Notes under the pieces: model-generated
What the model saw: only the letters and a program-made list of their open reading frames with translations
Databases searched by the model: none
What the model was told of the DNA's origin: nothing
Source of the DNA: Takakia lepidozioides
Taxonomy: Eukaryota > Plantae > Bryophyta
NCBI GenBank assembly: GCA_030704615.1
Contig: CM060732.1
Coordinates: 14,570,001 to 14,634,000 of the forward strand
Direction: 5' to 3'
DNA: 64,000 nucleotides
Shown: positions 1-12,959 of the stretch, piece by piece
Layout: the number at the start of each line of letters is the position of its first letter
How positions within the stretch are numbered: position 1 is the first letter of the stretch
Position numbers and translations under genes: made by a program

Positions 1-1830
1 AAAGTGATGATCTTCAATATGTCGATTGTTTGGAAGAACTTTAGTCCTAGTTGCCACTGGCAGCCAAATACGCATGATTTGGTAGTAATGTGCGAATGAC
101 TGCGGAGGACTAAATTCTTTCCAAGCCAAATCCAACATGATGGGAATTTGATTGAAGGGCATAAGCATAGCCCTGCTGTACTCCCTTGCAGCTGGAGTTT
201 TAGGTGGGTTAAAAGCGGCATTGCCCCATACCTCCGGCTGTGGTGGCTGTGGTGTGGTTGTAGTAACCACAGGTTCAGCTACTGGTACATTGACCTGTTG
301 TGGTGGTGGTGGTACTGGCTCCTGTATCATTGGCATCTCCTGCACCTCCTGTGAAGACTGAAAAGCCAGAGTTCTGGCTTGCAAATAAGAAGCCATTAGC
401 TGTTCCTGAGGGATATAGACTCTTTGGTCGATGTTTGAAGTGAGGTCTTCCACTTGAGTCTGGAGTCCGTCTACATCCTCTCGTAACTCTGCTATCCTAC
501 TATAGACATTGTCTATAGTAGTTGTGGCAATGTTCTGCACCTGCAGTCTGAGCTCATTCATCTCGCTTTGGGTGAGCTTCCGTGGGCTTTTGCCCTCTAC
601 TGGCCCTTGTGCTAACCAGACCTGCATAAGGCTGTTATCCACCAAGCTGCTTGTGGTTCCCCTGAGAGTTTGCTCCTCTCTTAGCTTGTACAATTCCAAC
701 TGCTGTTGTAAAGCCTCCATGCGCTTCGCCTGTGGCTCAACCAATTGCGCATAGGCAGCAAGTAGATTATTGGCTTCATTCCAAGCCTTGTTACTGACCG
801 CGATTTCATTTCTATTGGCCACGATGATTTGTTGCAACTCCACGATGTGTTTCTCTTGATCAGCTTCCATCTGCCTGTATTGCTTGAAAGTATCTTCATT
901 GCGACAGATTGTATTCTTCATATCGACAATGAGCTTCATTTGCTCAACATTCTCTTCTTCTGCCTTCGTACATTTTTCCGCTTGACTGTTTATTTCTTTA
1001 GTAGATTGGTCAAGCATAGTTGTAAACGTAGCACATTGTATCGCCATCCTGTTATGCACTGTCTGCAACTCCGTGTGTAGTGCATTCAGTTCTTGCAACT
1101 TGCTTTCATGCTGCACCTGCATTTGGTATAGCTGTTGCTTATGTGCTTCGTGCAACTGGTCTTGCGCGAGGCCTGCCTCAATCAATTGTTGCTTGGCCAA
1201 TTGCAAAGCCATTTCTGTATTGCCCAAGTCCTGCTTCATCTTGAGAGTGACCTCTTCATCGACCTTGTTTGCACACTCAGTGGCAAGTCGAGCCTCAAAC
1301 TCCTTCCTGAGTTCCTCTTTCAAGGCTGTCAATTGGGTAATTGGAACATGGGATTTGACATAAGTCCCCAACAAATTAAGTGTCCTGCCTATGGAACTCA
1401 TCAGCATTGCCTGTTGAGGGTCATCATGGTGAGGTTGCTGCTGTTCCTCCTGATCTTCAACAGTATGATGTCTCACTAACCATTCAGGCCATTGTCCCAC
1501 CGGATTTTCTTCCTGAACTACTTCATCTATCACCGGTGCTACAGTGTCATGACCTTCCGCCTGTGGTACCTCCGACACAGGTGTGTGTATTATATGCACC
1601 TCAGGATTTCCCTTGGGCAACTGTTGCACCTCTGGAATTTCTGTCTCCTTGACCAGACCAGAATATTCATAGAGAAGGTCCCCTTTCTCTATTTCTGCCA
1701 CTATCTGTTCTGTAATTGGAATATCTATCCCTTCACTTTCTAAATCAATTATTTCGGGTTTCTCTTCATCTTTGTTATCTGTTTTTTGGGTACTTTCCTG
1801 CTGCCACATCGGCAATAACTTGTCAAAGTC
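1..1830 (-). mobile_element. Degenerate internal region of an LTR-retrotransposon family (coiled-coil/Q-E-rich accessory ORF remnant), inverted relative to the copy at 13020-15669
   Basis: 1-~800 is the reverse complement homologue of ~13020-13830 (e.g. ttgccactggcagccaaatacgcat vs atgcgcatttggttgccagtggcaac). The minus strand appears to encode interrupted Q/E/L-rich coiled-coil sequence. The upstream boundary is approximate. Confidence 0.6.
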
Positions 1831-1885
1831 ACTCGAAACCACCACATATCCACCCAACGAGTTAACTTACAGAATTCAATATGCA

Positions 1886-2602
1886 AATTCAAGGCCGAGT
1901 CTGATGAGAGGGTAAAACAGGCTGAAATAGGTCGAAGAAGAAGGTGCCCTCACACATTGTCCTCGACCTTGTGTCATGACCCATGGAGGATTTGACTGAC
2001 CATGAACCCAAGAGGACCTCTTGTGTGTGCTGCTTATGTTTGTAGTCAGGTATGTTGGATTGGTCTGTGAGAACCCCCACGGTGCAGCTGATCAGCGGGC
2101 AGAGATTGAAACATGGCCTGCCAAGACCAAGCTGACTCTCCCAAGAACCTTGTAAACATCAGGAAGAAACCAAATCATGGTACCAAGAGCCCACATTTGC
2201 AGGATGGACAAACTTCTTCACATCGTACATTAAGAAAAAGCCACACTTTGTGATTGCGATTGTCCCACCATCGTGAAGGATCTGTAAACAACTCATGCCA
2301 GCTCTGCTCTATGCTGCAAATTCACGGCCGAGTCTGATGAGAGGGAAAAACGGGCTGAAATAGGTCGAAGAAGAAGGTGCCTTCACCACATCGTCCTCAA
2401 CCTTGTGTCATGACCCATTGAGGATTTAAATGACACTGAACCCAAGAGGACCTCTTGTGTGTGCTGATTGTGTGTGTCTCTCTCTCTGTTGCTTGTGTCT
2501 GTAGTCGGTAATGTTGGATTGGTCTGTGAGAACCACCACGGTGCAGCTGAGCGGGTAGAGATTGAAACACGGCCTACTAAGACCAAGCTGACTCTCCCAA
2601 GA
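1886..2602. repeat. Direct duplication of ~265 bp (1886-2148 and 2318-2602), probably TE/LTR-derived
   Basis: Both copies read gcaaattc..ggccgagtctgatgagaggg..aaataggtcgaagaagaaggtgcc ... aagaccaagctgactctcccaagaac. Confidence 0.75.
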
Positions 2603-3389
2603 ACGGCGAGCTTCCAGCCGAAACCTCCTCGCACACATACCCTAGCGTTTCTAGGGTTGCTTGCTTCAGATGCGAAGGTTGCTCCAACTGCAGGCCTCCC
2701 ATGCATGTTTGCCCTCCCTCCCGCTCGCTCGCTCTAAGTCTGTTCACGGCTACCGTGGTGGGCAACTTTTTAAGTTTTTTAAACTTTTTGTAAACCCTAT
2801 AAGCAACATTTTGATTTTATTATTATTTTTATTATTAAAAAAAAAAAAGAAACCTCGGGCCCTTGAGGAGGGGGAAAAATTAACCCCCTTTCATTTATGG
2901 GCCATGAGACCTACAGGATGATCAACGCCCATACATACCGTCATGAACAATCCCAACACGGGGTAGGGCAGCAGGTTTGAACCTCGAACCACCAGGGCAA
3001 CACACTGTGCACTTACCAGCCGATGTGCTTTTTTTAAATCTTTTGCACTTTGATTTTTTTTTTTTAAAAAAAAAAATCATTCTAGTGGTCAGAATCTCCG
3101 TTTTCTCAAAATATAAATATTCATATATTATATATATAACCAGAAAAGCATATGTCGACACATGCATCATTTAGTGATTCATCCATGTCATGATCTGCAA
3201 CATGCATTAGAGTGAGAGTCATGAAGTCATATGTGCGTCTAGCAATATGCACATGTCATTCCAGTATAGCCATGTCCGTGACTGGTAGTCATATCCGCCA
3301 TGCCAATATTCATGGTCAAACATATTTGACTTGTGTTGAGCAGAGTTCGGAGTCATGCAGTCGCATATACGCCTTCCCAGACCTGCGTT

Positions 3390-4410
3390 ATGATTGCAGC
3401 CGCCCTCTGGGCCCATGAACCTCAGTATCCATTTGCCCAGAAGTGCCGTTATCTGCTTCTCCGGATCCAGGATCCCTAGTTCTCCTTTTTTCTTTGCCAC
3501 GTCCAAATCTGGTTCTAGGCAACTTGCGGTCTTTTTTTTTTGTTCGCATTTTCAGCTCCCCATATAAAGTTCCTTGTGAGTCTTGTGACCTCTTGAATTT
3601 GCTAGGAGCCAGGGCGCCATGTGGCGGCGTAGTACCAAATGCCAAGAGATAGGATTTGATTCGTTGTCAGCTGGTCTGTAAGATCAACACCGAAGGTATA
3701 GCCCAATAGAGTGGTAGTCTGCCCTGGACGAAGCTTGCCAGGTTAAGTCCATGTTGAACCCCAATTGGGGGTGGCCCCAGAGCCGAAACAGAAAGGTCTC
3801 CCACTAGGAGAGCACACGTCTTCGACCAGTTAACCTTGAATCCAGACGCTGCACAAAAACTGTTTAAGGTGCTTGCTGCAGAGTCCAGATTTGTCTGGTA
3901 GGCCTGAAGCATTAGAAATGTATTGTCCACAAACATTGAATCGATCAACTGCATAGGCTGTTGGGTAATGTAGTTGGTTACATGCGCAAGCCTTGTATTC
4001 TATGATTCTGTTGTAACATGTAGCCCAGAGTGTCAGCCACCACTAGGAACAGGAAGGGTGCCAGGGGGCATGAGCCCTGGCGCACAGACCGTTGCAAGGG
4101 AAAGGCCGAGGAGAGAAAGCCATTGATAATGACTCTACTCGATGAGTTGTTTAGAAGAATCATAACCCACTGACAAAAGGAATGGGGGGAATCCAAATTT
4201 GGCCAGGGCAGCCAGCAGGAAGGACCATTCTACCCTATCGAATGCTTCTTCAAAGTCCAAAAGCAGAAGAGCAATGGCTTGGTTGGTGTGTTGAGCGAAG
4301 TGCGGAATTTCTTGAGCTAACAGAAGGTTGTCTAGAATGAACCTACCTTTGATAAAGCCTGATTGGTTTGGACGAATGAGAGAGGGAAGTAGTGGCTGCA
4401 GCTGTAGATG
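3390..4410 (-). mobile_element. L1/Tx1-type LINE reverse transcriptase pseudogene fragment
   Basis: Frameshifted ORFs carry RT motifs: LIRPNQSGFIKGRFILDNLLLAQE, LLLDFEEAFDRVEWSFL, VRQGSCPLAPFLF, degenerate MFVDN (YADD position), F..ASGFKVNWSKT, ALLGKWILRF. Confidence 0.9.
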
Positions 4411-5325
4411 CATATATTGGTACACTTTTCTTTTCAGATCATTTTTTATCATAAGACAAGCGGTTTCGACATTGTACTGCAAAAAACAGGATAGTTTGTT
4501 AGTTATCTGGAAATCGTTGGTAAAGCATGTAGGAAATTAGACAGTGTCTGAGATGACCATAGAGTGGAACTCTGGCATCAAAATGACCGTAGGAAGTTGC
4601 ATCGACAGCAGGTTAGGTTGCCAATTTGGTACCAAAAACGGCAAGATAATCCTGTTCCGACAATACAGGACGACTGTTCCAGTCCTAGATTGCGATCTCT
4701 CTTTTCTCCCGCCGTTCAAGTCCAGTAGGTACACATGGCGAGGAGCTTGGCAATTGGTGGAAGCGACATGTACAGCGATGAAATATCACAACAAAGCAAA
4801 CGGCTGCATCGGGACAACAGCAGGTCAAGACGACTTCAAACGGCAAAGCGTGGGCTTGTTAGCGGTACGGGACAACTAGAGGGGACTCCGGACAACTTGG
4901 AACCCAGTGGCAGGGCCAAAGACCCCAGAGCCACCTTTGGTATTTTCTTTTCAAGGGAATGACAATTTTCCTGTATGGCAACATGGCAAAAAATGGTGAT
5001 AATGATGCCTGATCATTCCCGATTACCCTGAAAATTTGCAAGCACATACGAGGTGTTCAATTGTAGTCTGTCACCAAGTTTGGTGATTTTTGGAGCAGAT
5101 GGTTGATGGCACCAATTTATCAAGCTGAGGGCCCCTACGACGGCCACTTTAATGGATTTCTACTTCATCCAAGGGATGAAAAAGGATATTTCGCCCTGGA
5201 TGGTGGATGGATGAGAAGATAACCTAGCGCCATCTTGCACCAAGTGGTCATCCATGAGGATGGATGAAAAACCATCTTTCATTGGCCTCTAAGACTTTTC
5301 ATCCATGTTGAATATTAAACTATAG

Positions 5326-5685
5326 AGAGGAGAAAAAACTCACCCTCCCGGCACTGGAATTGTCTCTCAAAGCTGCGGAGGCGAAGGCTCACATCAAGTA
5401 CAAGTCGCGGATGGTGAAGTATGTGGCCATTGCTGATCCTGCCCTTGGTGCCGACTTTCTGGTGGAGGTGGGGAAGCACTACTCCCGCGCTCTTAAGCCC
5501 ACGACGACACTGGAGAAGTTGCATCGACTAGCCACAACCTGTGTGGATGCAACAGAGAAGGTTATACATTCTTAACCAAATTTTCTTGTGTGGCAACAAT
5601 CCGTTTTACTAGTGTCTTGCGCTTACTAATATGCACGATGGTTGGATAGATCTGGTGGCTCGAAATCTGGAATGGGTCGCAGAAA
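5326..5685 (+). pseudogene. Orphan exon-intron fragment of the B-type ParB/MTase cargo gene
   Basis: LKAAEAKAHIKYKSRMVKYVAIADPALGADFLVEVGKHYSRAL is near-identical to the exon at ~26270-26500 (-). Similarity continues through the next intron into the RWLxIWNGSQ exon. Confidence 0.85.
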
Positions 5686-6409
5686 AAGAACAAGTCCTAG
5701 AACTTGAGCTACATCTTCAATTTGTTGTCTCTTGCCCTCCTGTGTCTCTAGTTGAAGTCGATCTCCTCTCCTTCACCCATCCCCTCCGCGGGAGGATGGC
5801 GGGGGGGGGGGGTGAGCCCTGGGCGAATGACCCACATCATCCATTTAATTGAGGTTGGTTGGATGGGGAGGGGATTGACGGTTCAGGGGAGCGCCATGTG
5901 GCTGGAGATGGGGGGTGGGGGATCACTCTGGCACTGGACGGGGGATCAACCCAGTGAGGGGATCCACAGTGGGGTATCGCCACGTGGCTGGAGATCGGGC
6001 GGTGGTGTGGGGCGCCGCGTGGCCAACGGTGTGGCGGGGGTGAGGGGTCCCGGGGCGGGGGGGGGGGGGATGATTTGACCTGGGCGTCCAGCTCGCTGAC
6101 GAGGCTGCCGGAGCGGGGGTTCCCCGGCTGTACCTCGCGGGCCGTACCTGTCAGCTCACACGCTTACAATAAAATCAAGCCACATCCATATTGGGACCGC
6201 ATGAAAGGTCCCTGCGAGCCATGATCAAGTAGCTTAGAACCAAAAATCCTCCCAAGTCTATGCTAGAATAGGATCATCAATTTGCACCTCACATATCTTC
6301 TTTCATCATCTAGGGGATATTTTATTTTATTTTATTTAACATGGGAAGACCGTGAATTAATTTTTATTGAGTTTATTGTGGGGAAAAAAATTAAAACCAG
6401 GGGTCCAGA

Positions 6410-7215
6410 CATGGATCCAGGGGGACAACAAGGATTGGCCGGATATGGGGGATCAGTGAGCGTTGGGGGATAGGGACACGGGGACACAGGGTTGCAGGGG
6501 ATCGTTGCAATGGGTGGCACGTAGGCATGAGGGGGACGGCGTAGATCCCCCGGATCTGGGGGCTTAGTCACACAAGGGGATCAGCGGGAGCGCGGGTCAC
6601 GGGGGAACGTCGCGATGGGTGCCACGTGGGCCTGAGGGGGACGGCGCAGATCCCCCGGGGCAGGGGGATCAGTCAGACAAGGGGATCAGCGGGAGTGGGG
6701 GACACGGGGGATCATCGCGATGGGTGCCACGTGGGTGTGGGGGGACAGCGCAGATCCCCCAGGGCTGGAGGATCAGTCAGACAAGGGGATCAGCAGGAGT
6801 GGGGACACAGGGTTGCGGGGGATCATCGGGATGGGTGGCACGTGGGCATGAGGGGGACGGCGCAGATCCCCCGGATATGGGGGATCAATCACACAAGGGG
6901 ATCAGCGGGAGCGGGGGTCACTGGGACACAGGGTCGCGGGGGAACGTTGCGATGGGTGCCACGTGGGCATAAGGGGGACGGCGTAGTCCCCCCGGGGCTG
7001 GAGGATCAGTCAGACTAGGGGATCAGCGGGAGTGGGGGACACTGGGACACAGGGTCGCGGGAGATCGTCGCGATGGGTGCCACGTGGGTGTCGGGGGGAC
7101 GGCGCAGATCCCCTGGAGCTGGGGGGATCAGTCAGACAAGGGGATCAGCGGGAGTGGTGGACACGGGGGTTATGTGTATCGGGGGATCGTCGACACATGG
7201 ATCAGGAAGGGACGG
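6410..7215. repeat. GC-rich tandem repeat, ~105-121 bp unit, about 6 well-conserved units
   Basis: The anchor ggggacggcg(c/t)agatcccc recurs at ~6532, 6637, 6741, 6853, 6974 and 7095. Each unit has gatcagtcagacaaggggatcagcgggag and (t)cgcgatgggtgccacgtggg. Confidence 0.85.
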
Positions 7216-7719
7216 CGGGGATGAGGCGTGGGAGGGGGATCGGTTTGAAGGGGGGATCATCCCAGGCTTGCGGTAGTCGGCTGGGTATGCCTATCATCTG
7301 CATACCCACTCAGTCGGATATGAGGCCACCTGGCAACAGAGGGGATGGTGGGGATGTGGCGGAGGAATTATTGGGTGGAGGGGAGTTGACTAGAAACATG
7401 GGCCCCCCTCATTGGGCCATTGAAGCATACCACCATTGCAACATACCACGCCAGTGATGCCAAAACTGTTCGATGCTACTCGACGACCTGTTTGAATTTC
7501 GGTTTTCTCCAATTGATCCTCTTGAAAAATTTCTTACTGCTTATGGTATTGTAAGACAGCCCCTCACCAGAGGTATTTGTGTAATTATGGTTTTTGGGAT
7601 GACATGGTTTGGAGGAAAGCTTCAGGCTTGAATGTGCTTGCTAGGGATGGACATGTCAACCCTCACCAAAACCAGCAAGAGAAAGGAGAGGAAGTCTGGA
7701 AACGATGCCTTTACAGGTG

Positions 7720-10065
7720 CGAAATGGACTGTGCTTCTTTGTTTTGCATAGACACAATCTCCTCCATCCAACCTATTTTTGGCTGGCTCATATGAGTTTG
7801 TGGTGGAGTGTACTGTGTCGCATACTCTTTTAGGGGGTCTTCGTGATGGGGTGGAAAAGCTGGGAGACAATATTTGCATTGCATAATGAGGTTGTCTCTA
7901 TTCCTGCAGGTACATAAAGTATGTTCTCATGGCAGAGAACTGCTTGGACAAACATCCTGATTTCGTGGACCTTTGGCTTGTCCTTGCTGGCAACCAGACC
8001 ATGTTTACTACGGGGATCTTGCATGACTGGGGCACATACCATCTTTCTGCTTGTGGTTGGTATTTGGATTGCCCTGCTTCAAAGACCCCAGCTCAGGAGG
8101 TGTCTTTGAGGAGAGAGAATGAGCGTATAGCAGCTACCGCCGCAGCAGCCGACCTCGACATTCATGAGAGAAATTTGAGGACTCTTGCAGAGAAGGAACC
8201 TCCCGCTCAGGATACACCGGGTAAAGGTAGAAAGGCAAAGGGAAAGGATGTTGCTAGTGGTGTGGGGAAAGGAAGGGGTAGGGGGAAGGGGGCACAAGGG
8301 CAGGTAGGTGGGTAGGGAAGTGTTGCAGATACTGGCCCTCTGGTGGTTGTCCAGCAGACTCCACCGCATGGTAGGGGATCCGGGAGAAAGAACAAGTGGG
8401 TGGTTGATCCCAAGGACCCGTACCATGCAGTGGAGCATCCCACGAGGGTCATTCGCCCTACCAGGTTGGAGATGGCCAACGTCGGGTTCCTTGCCATGAT
8501 GGAGTCCAAGAAATCTGATTACAAGGGCAAACCATCACCAGTGTGGGAGAGGATTGTGGAGTTCCTCGGCACAGTGCGTGTTGTCTTTTGCTTCTTGTCT
8601 GTTGTGTGCATGGATCATTTCAATCCTCTTGAGCATTCCATTGCATGCTTGTTTGCAGGCTAAAATGACCAAATCCTGGGTGAACGGGAAGGAGAAGCCA
8701 TATGCAGCCGAACTCATCATCTTGGACATCCCTGATGGGTTTCCAGTCTCGGATGTCCCTCCATTGGGTGCTTGTCCAGGTTGGAATGCTTTTGATGAGC
8801 GCTACTGGCGGTGGATTTTCTCCTTTTGCAATTTCTTTCTATCCGATGCAGGTGTTTTGGTGCTCATCCAGTCCATCGACCTTCGCTGTCGCCGTGCACT
8901 TGCCAGCTATTTGAAAGCCTCCGGTATGAGGGTCGTGAAATCATGGAATTGTGTGAACAGCATGTACCTGACGAAGGGGGATCGTCCCAGAGAGATGGTA
9001 AATCTGCCTTCTTATTCCTCTTCTTGGTGGTTCTCGGATGGAGTTGCATAAGTCGCTCAAATGAATATGTAGGGGCCTGGTTTTCAAGCTTCTTAGTTCA
9101 TTGTGTATGTCCTGTTCGCAAACTCGTTTGTTTGAAGCTGTTTGTCTTGTCCGAGTGCATCCACCTACGACTCCAGCCGTCATTAGGGAGTTCGCCATCA
9201 CTCATGGGGGCAAGTTCATAGACGAGAGGACAGATCCTCCCACGGATGACATGCACCACAACTATGTGGACAGCAACGTGTGCTTGTGAAGGGGGAATGG
9301 GGTTCCTTGGAGAGGGGCCAGGGAGAGGAGCCCGGCTTTCATTCAGACAATTGTGGAGTGCTGCACCTACACAGACGCCATAGTTCTAGATTTGTCAATG
9401 GGCACAGGTTCGTCTCTTCAACATTCACATTTCGTGAGGTTTGTTTGACCTTGCACTTTCAGCTCTTCCCACCGTTCCAAATGTGTCTTCAATGTCTGTT
9501 TCCTTCATTGTATTCCACTGCATGTGCCTCCTACCATGCTTGCAAGGCCAATGCGTGACATCTCTTTGGGATTGAAGGGGATGCCGAGATTTACAAGAAC
9601 CTCCTGATGGGTTTGGGTGGACACACTTCTCAAGTCCTTCCGAAGCCCCTACCCGCTGATATTGATACAGGGGAGACTTCCGACAAGGAGCTGGATGACG
9701 ACTTTGCCTGCGAGTAAGTTCAACTTGTGGATGCTTGCATTGTTGTTTCAATACCCAGAATCACTGTTCTTAAGGCAAAGTGCACATGGGAGATATCCTC
9801 TTCGTTGGACTTGTGCATTGCATCATTGTGTTCAAAATTGGTTTTTGTCCACTTGTGCAGGAGTCCGCGTGCTTCCACTGACCCTCCAGGGCTTTCACAC
9901 CTTTTTGGACTTCTTTCAAGTCCTCCTCAGTCTTACGTCCTACCTGTCTATGCGGAGGCACTCGCAGCAAGCATGTCCATTCATGGCACTCGCAGTCTAA
10001 CCATCGACGGCCATGGTAGAAGACGTGGTGTTGGGGCCGGAATCTTTGTGGATGACATAGCATAG
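7720..10065 (+). pseudogene. Copy A cargo gene: diverged multi-exon beta-class N6A/N4C DNA methyltransferase-like gene (3' part), with premature stops
   Basis: Exons match the B/C cargo: FWLAHMSLWW, WGTYHLSACGWYLD, LIILDIPDG (8725-8739)..WNAFDERYW, PWRGARERSPAFIQTIVECCT..IVLDLSMGTG (intron after GTG at ~9408), ASYHACKANA*HLFGIEGD, SPPQSYVLPVYAEALA. In-frame stops at ~8313, ~9287 and ~9556. Confidence 0.8.
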
Positions 10066-10594
10066 GAGGTCGATACTGATTCTGATGACTGTAACACTTG
10101 ATATGAAGTTTTCTTTTGCTTTCATTCAGGGCCAATTTTGAAATGGGATGGTTGTGTGTCATTGTTGTCATGTTTGCAATGTGTGCATGGGATGCAAATT
10201 CATGGGAACAAACTATCGTTGGAGATGGGTGTTGCATGGACTGCCCGGATTGTTCCTTCAATCTATTTAGTGTTTGCGGAGCTCACAAGCTTGTGTGCAT
10301 TGCAAAAACAAACAAACGTCTTTGGTTCGGGTAGAGCATTCTCGCATCATTTGCTCATTGGTCTCCAAACCATTCCTGCTAGAAGAATGCTTGGTAAATC
10401 CATCATGATAAAGTCCACGTGATCAAAGAGCGTTCAGGCATTCTCAATTCTAGTGAGCATCCATGATGCTTCCGCACATACCTGGCATGTTCGCAAGGGT
10501 GGTGAGTAAGAAAAGATTTCGCAGGGATCCGCTTTGGATGATGTGAATGTGCACCTGCTCACGACGTAGGCACATTCCAATGCAGGGGCACCCG

Positions 10595-10728
10595 ATCAAC
10601 CCGCGGTAATAGGTGACACCCGCGGAAATAGGCCCTGTATGCATGCTGATGTGGTGTGAGCCTGTGCTGGGCTCACGGTTTCCTGGGCTCACAGGCTCAC
10701 GCCTCTGGGCTCACAGAATAGCACCCCC
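10595..10728 (-). mobile_element. Terminal inverted repeat and subterminal repeats of element A (cargo-proximal end)
   Basis: The reverse complement of 10709-10728 is GGGGGTGCTATTCTGTGAGC, versus the B/C TIR GGGGGCTGCTATTTCATGAGC. It is preceded by ggctcac repeats and ccgcggaaatagg (cf. 22598, 32110). LTR-element sequence resumes abruptly at 10729. Confidence 0.7.
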
Positions 10729-12175
10729 GAAAGTTATGATGCAAAAGGATTCTCAACTTTGTTCATGGTTTAATTTGGCTTGGAACAACTTGGCACTGGA
10801 GAAATTCGGCCCTGATGATATTTTCTATAAGGGACATGAAGCCTGGAAATACTTACACTGTTCCAAAGTCATTGGCACACCTCTCACTTATACGGCTAAG
10901 GAGTTTAGAGCGTTCACTCATTTTGCTTGCACGCGCTTACAACAAGTAGTACAGTTTAAGCTTCCAGGGGACGATGATTCTGATACTACTGGCTCTTCAG
11001 AGGACTCTTTTGACATGGCAGAGGACTATGCACTTCAGATGGCAGAGAAGAAACGACGGGGATCTCCTATGCTTGAGAGGTTACCTCGTTATCAGCCACA
11101 GGAGGGTCAGACATTTCCAGGTAGTGCTCAATCGCCTCCATCAGCCAGTGACAGGGCTCGGGCTCGCACACGGAGTCCTTCATAAGACTCTCACCGTTAG
11201 AAGGGTGCTCGCTCACAAAGGTTTGCTGATCCTAAACAGTAAACCGTGAGGACATGGTTTTTTTGAGAGGGGGAGGGGTAATGTTAGAGGGCTGCTTGGG
11301 ACTTAGACGCTTTTACGGGTTCTGTGGGGTACCCTTAATTTTTGCGCAAACTTACGGATGGTAGACTGAGACCAACAGGAACCTTAGGGGTGGCAGACGC
11401 AGGCTTTAGGGGGGGTAGACAGCCCGACACAGCTTCGCACAGCTAGTCACAGCCCGTCACAGTCTATTACAGCTTCGCACAGCCAGTCACAGCCCGACAC
11501 AGCTTTACATAGCCAATCACAGCTCAGCACAGTCACAGCTCGGCACAGCCTGTCATAGTGTACATGGGGAACAATTATCATTGACAGGGAATGATTGTGT
11601 GGGAACGACATCTGCAGAGGGAACGTGTTACTTCAGGGGTGACGGTTAGTTAGTTAGGTGGTTAGAACAACTTGCGGGTAGATTAGGCAGGGCGACAACA
11701 GGAAGGGGATCACTTCTTGAGGAGCGCGACTTGTTCAGGGGAGGAGGAGACGTAACGGAGAGCGGAACAATGAAGAGGAGATGATGACTTGATTGAGGAT
11801 TAATTCATGCAAGCTGTACAATCATACAGTAGGGTAGATTAGGGACACCATGGCGTAGGCCTGATACTTGATTAATCTTAATCTGATACTTATTCGATAC
11901 AAACATACTGTGTAGAGAGACGTGAGAGAAGCTGAATGCATGATTAATTGGAACTTAGTAGATACTGAAGCAATCTGATGCTTCAGTAAACACAGTAAGG
12001 TAAATTGATAACATGAAGGCAAGAAGGAATACAAATAAGCACAACCATGATTCACTAGCTGTAGGTCATGACTGATTGTTCTAAGCGGGCTGAGTGCTTA
12101 GAGATATCCAACTCTTCTATCTTGGAGTTTCCACCTCGGATAGTGAGGGGATGGGTGAGTAAAAGCCGCTCGACA
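10729..12175 (+). mobile_element. LTR retrotransposon 3' fragment: internal ORF remnant, polypurine tract and 3' LTR (11282-12175, TG...CA)
   Basis: PPT gagagggggagggg at ~11265-11278 precedes TGTTAGAGGG. The LTR ends ...aaaagccgctcgaCA. It is homologous to 14080-15669 and contains cacagc-type 10-mer repeats (11415-11560). Confidence 0.85.
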
Positions 12176-12369
12176 ATGACCTCCTCTGTCTTCCTCCTCC
12201 GCCATTTATGGCTTTGGCTAATTTCGAAAATAAAAAACATTATAAAACATTAATTTAATGGAATGTGTCAGAAAAAACAAATATATTATTCGGCACCTTG
12301 AAGGGGAAATTGTAGTTTTGAGAGTTGTGCTCATGATATTTCGTCTTCCGCTCATGCCAATTCCCAACG

Positions 12370-12775
12370 ACATGTGCAAAAATGGCGCCGAATTTCGCGG
12401 TAATAGGGTCCGTAACCGGAAAGAATCGCGACGTATTTCGCGGTAATAGGTCTCTTTGGCGAAAAATGGTGCCGAATTCCGCGGCTATAGGTCCCCTCAT
12501 GACAGGTGTGTAAGCCCAAAATTTGGAAATGTGGCGCCGAATTTCGGTACATGGTGCCGGGGATTGCACAGATGTTGGGCAGTTCTGGGCCATGTAACTG
12601 GAAATTCGGCGCCATTTTTCCAGACATCATTCCCGAGCATGTTCGGACTTAGCCAGTTTTCGGCCCAAAATAGGGAAATTCGGCGCCATTTTTCCTGACA
12701 TAGGGGTACCAGTGCATGTTGGGACTTAGCCAGTTTTCGGCCCAAAATAGAGAAATTCGGCGCCATTTTTCCAGA
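12370..12775. repeat. Orphan array of B-type palindromic motifs (aaatggcgccgaatttc / gaaattcggcgccatttt)
   Basis: About 7 motif copies plus ggacttagcca, closely resembling the intronic array at 25130-25700. Confidence 0.8.
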
Positions 12776-12959
12776 AATGGCCCCACAACTGCTTCTGTTG
12801 GATCTCAGTTTGAATGGAATATTGCCTCATTCCAGGAGTTTTGGGTTGCATTTCATTACACTACAAAAAAAAGTCTGATACATGAAAATGCAATTGAAAA
12901 TATCCATATGGAGGATTCCCTTTGCCCCATCAATGATTTCTGGAATCCCTAAGGAGGAG

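Noticed and set aside
2965-3030. tRNA-like A/B-box sequence (also ~16565-16640)
   Set aside because: No convincing acceptor stem or cloverleaf; at most degenerate SINE-like remnants.
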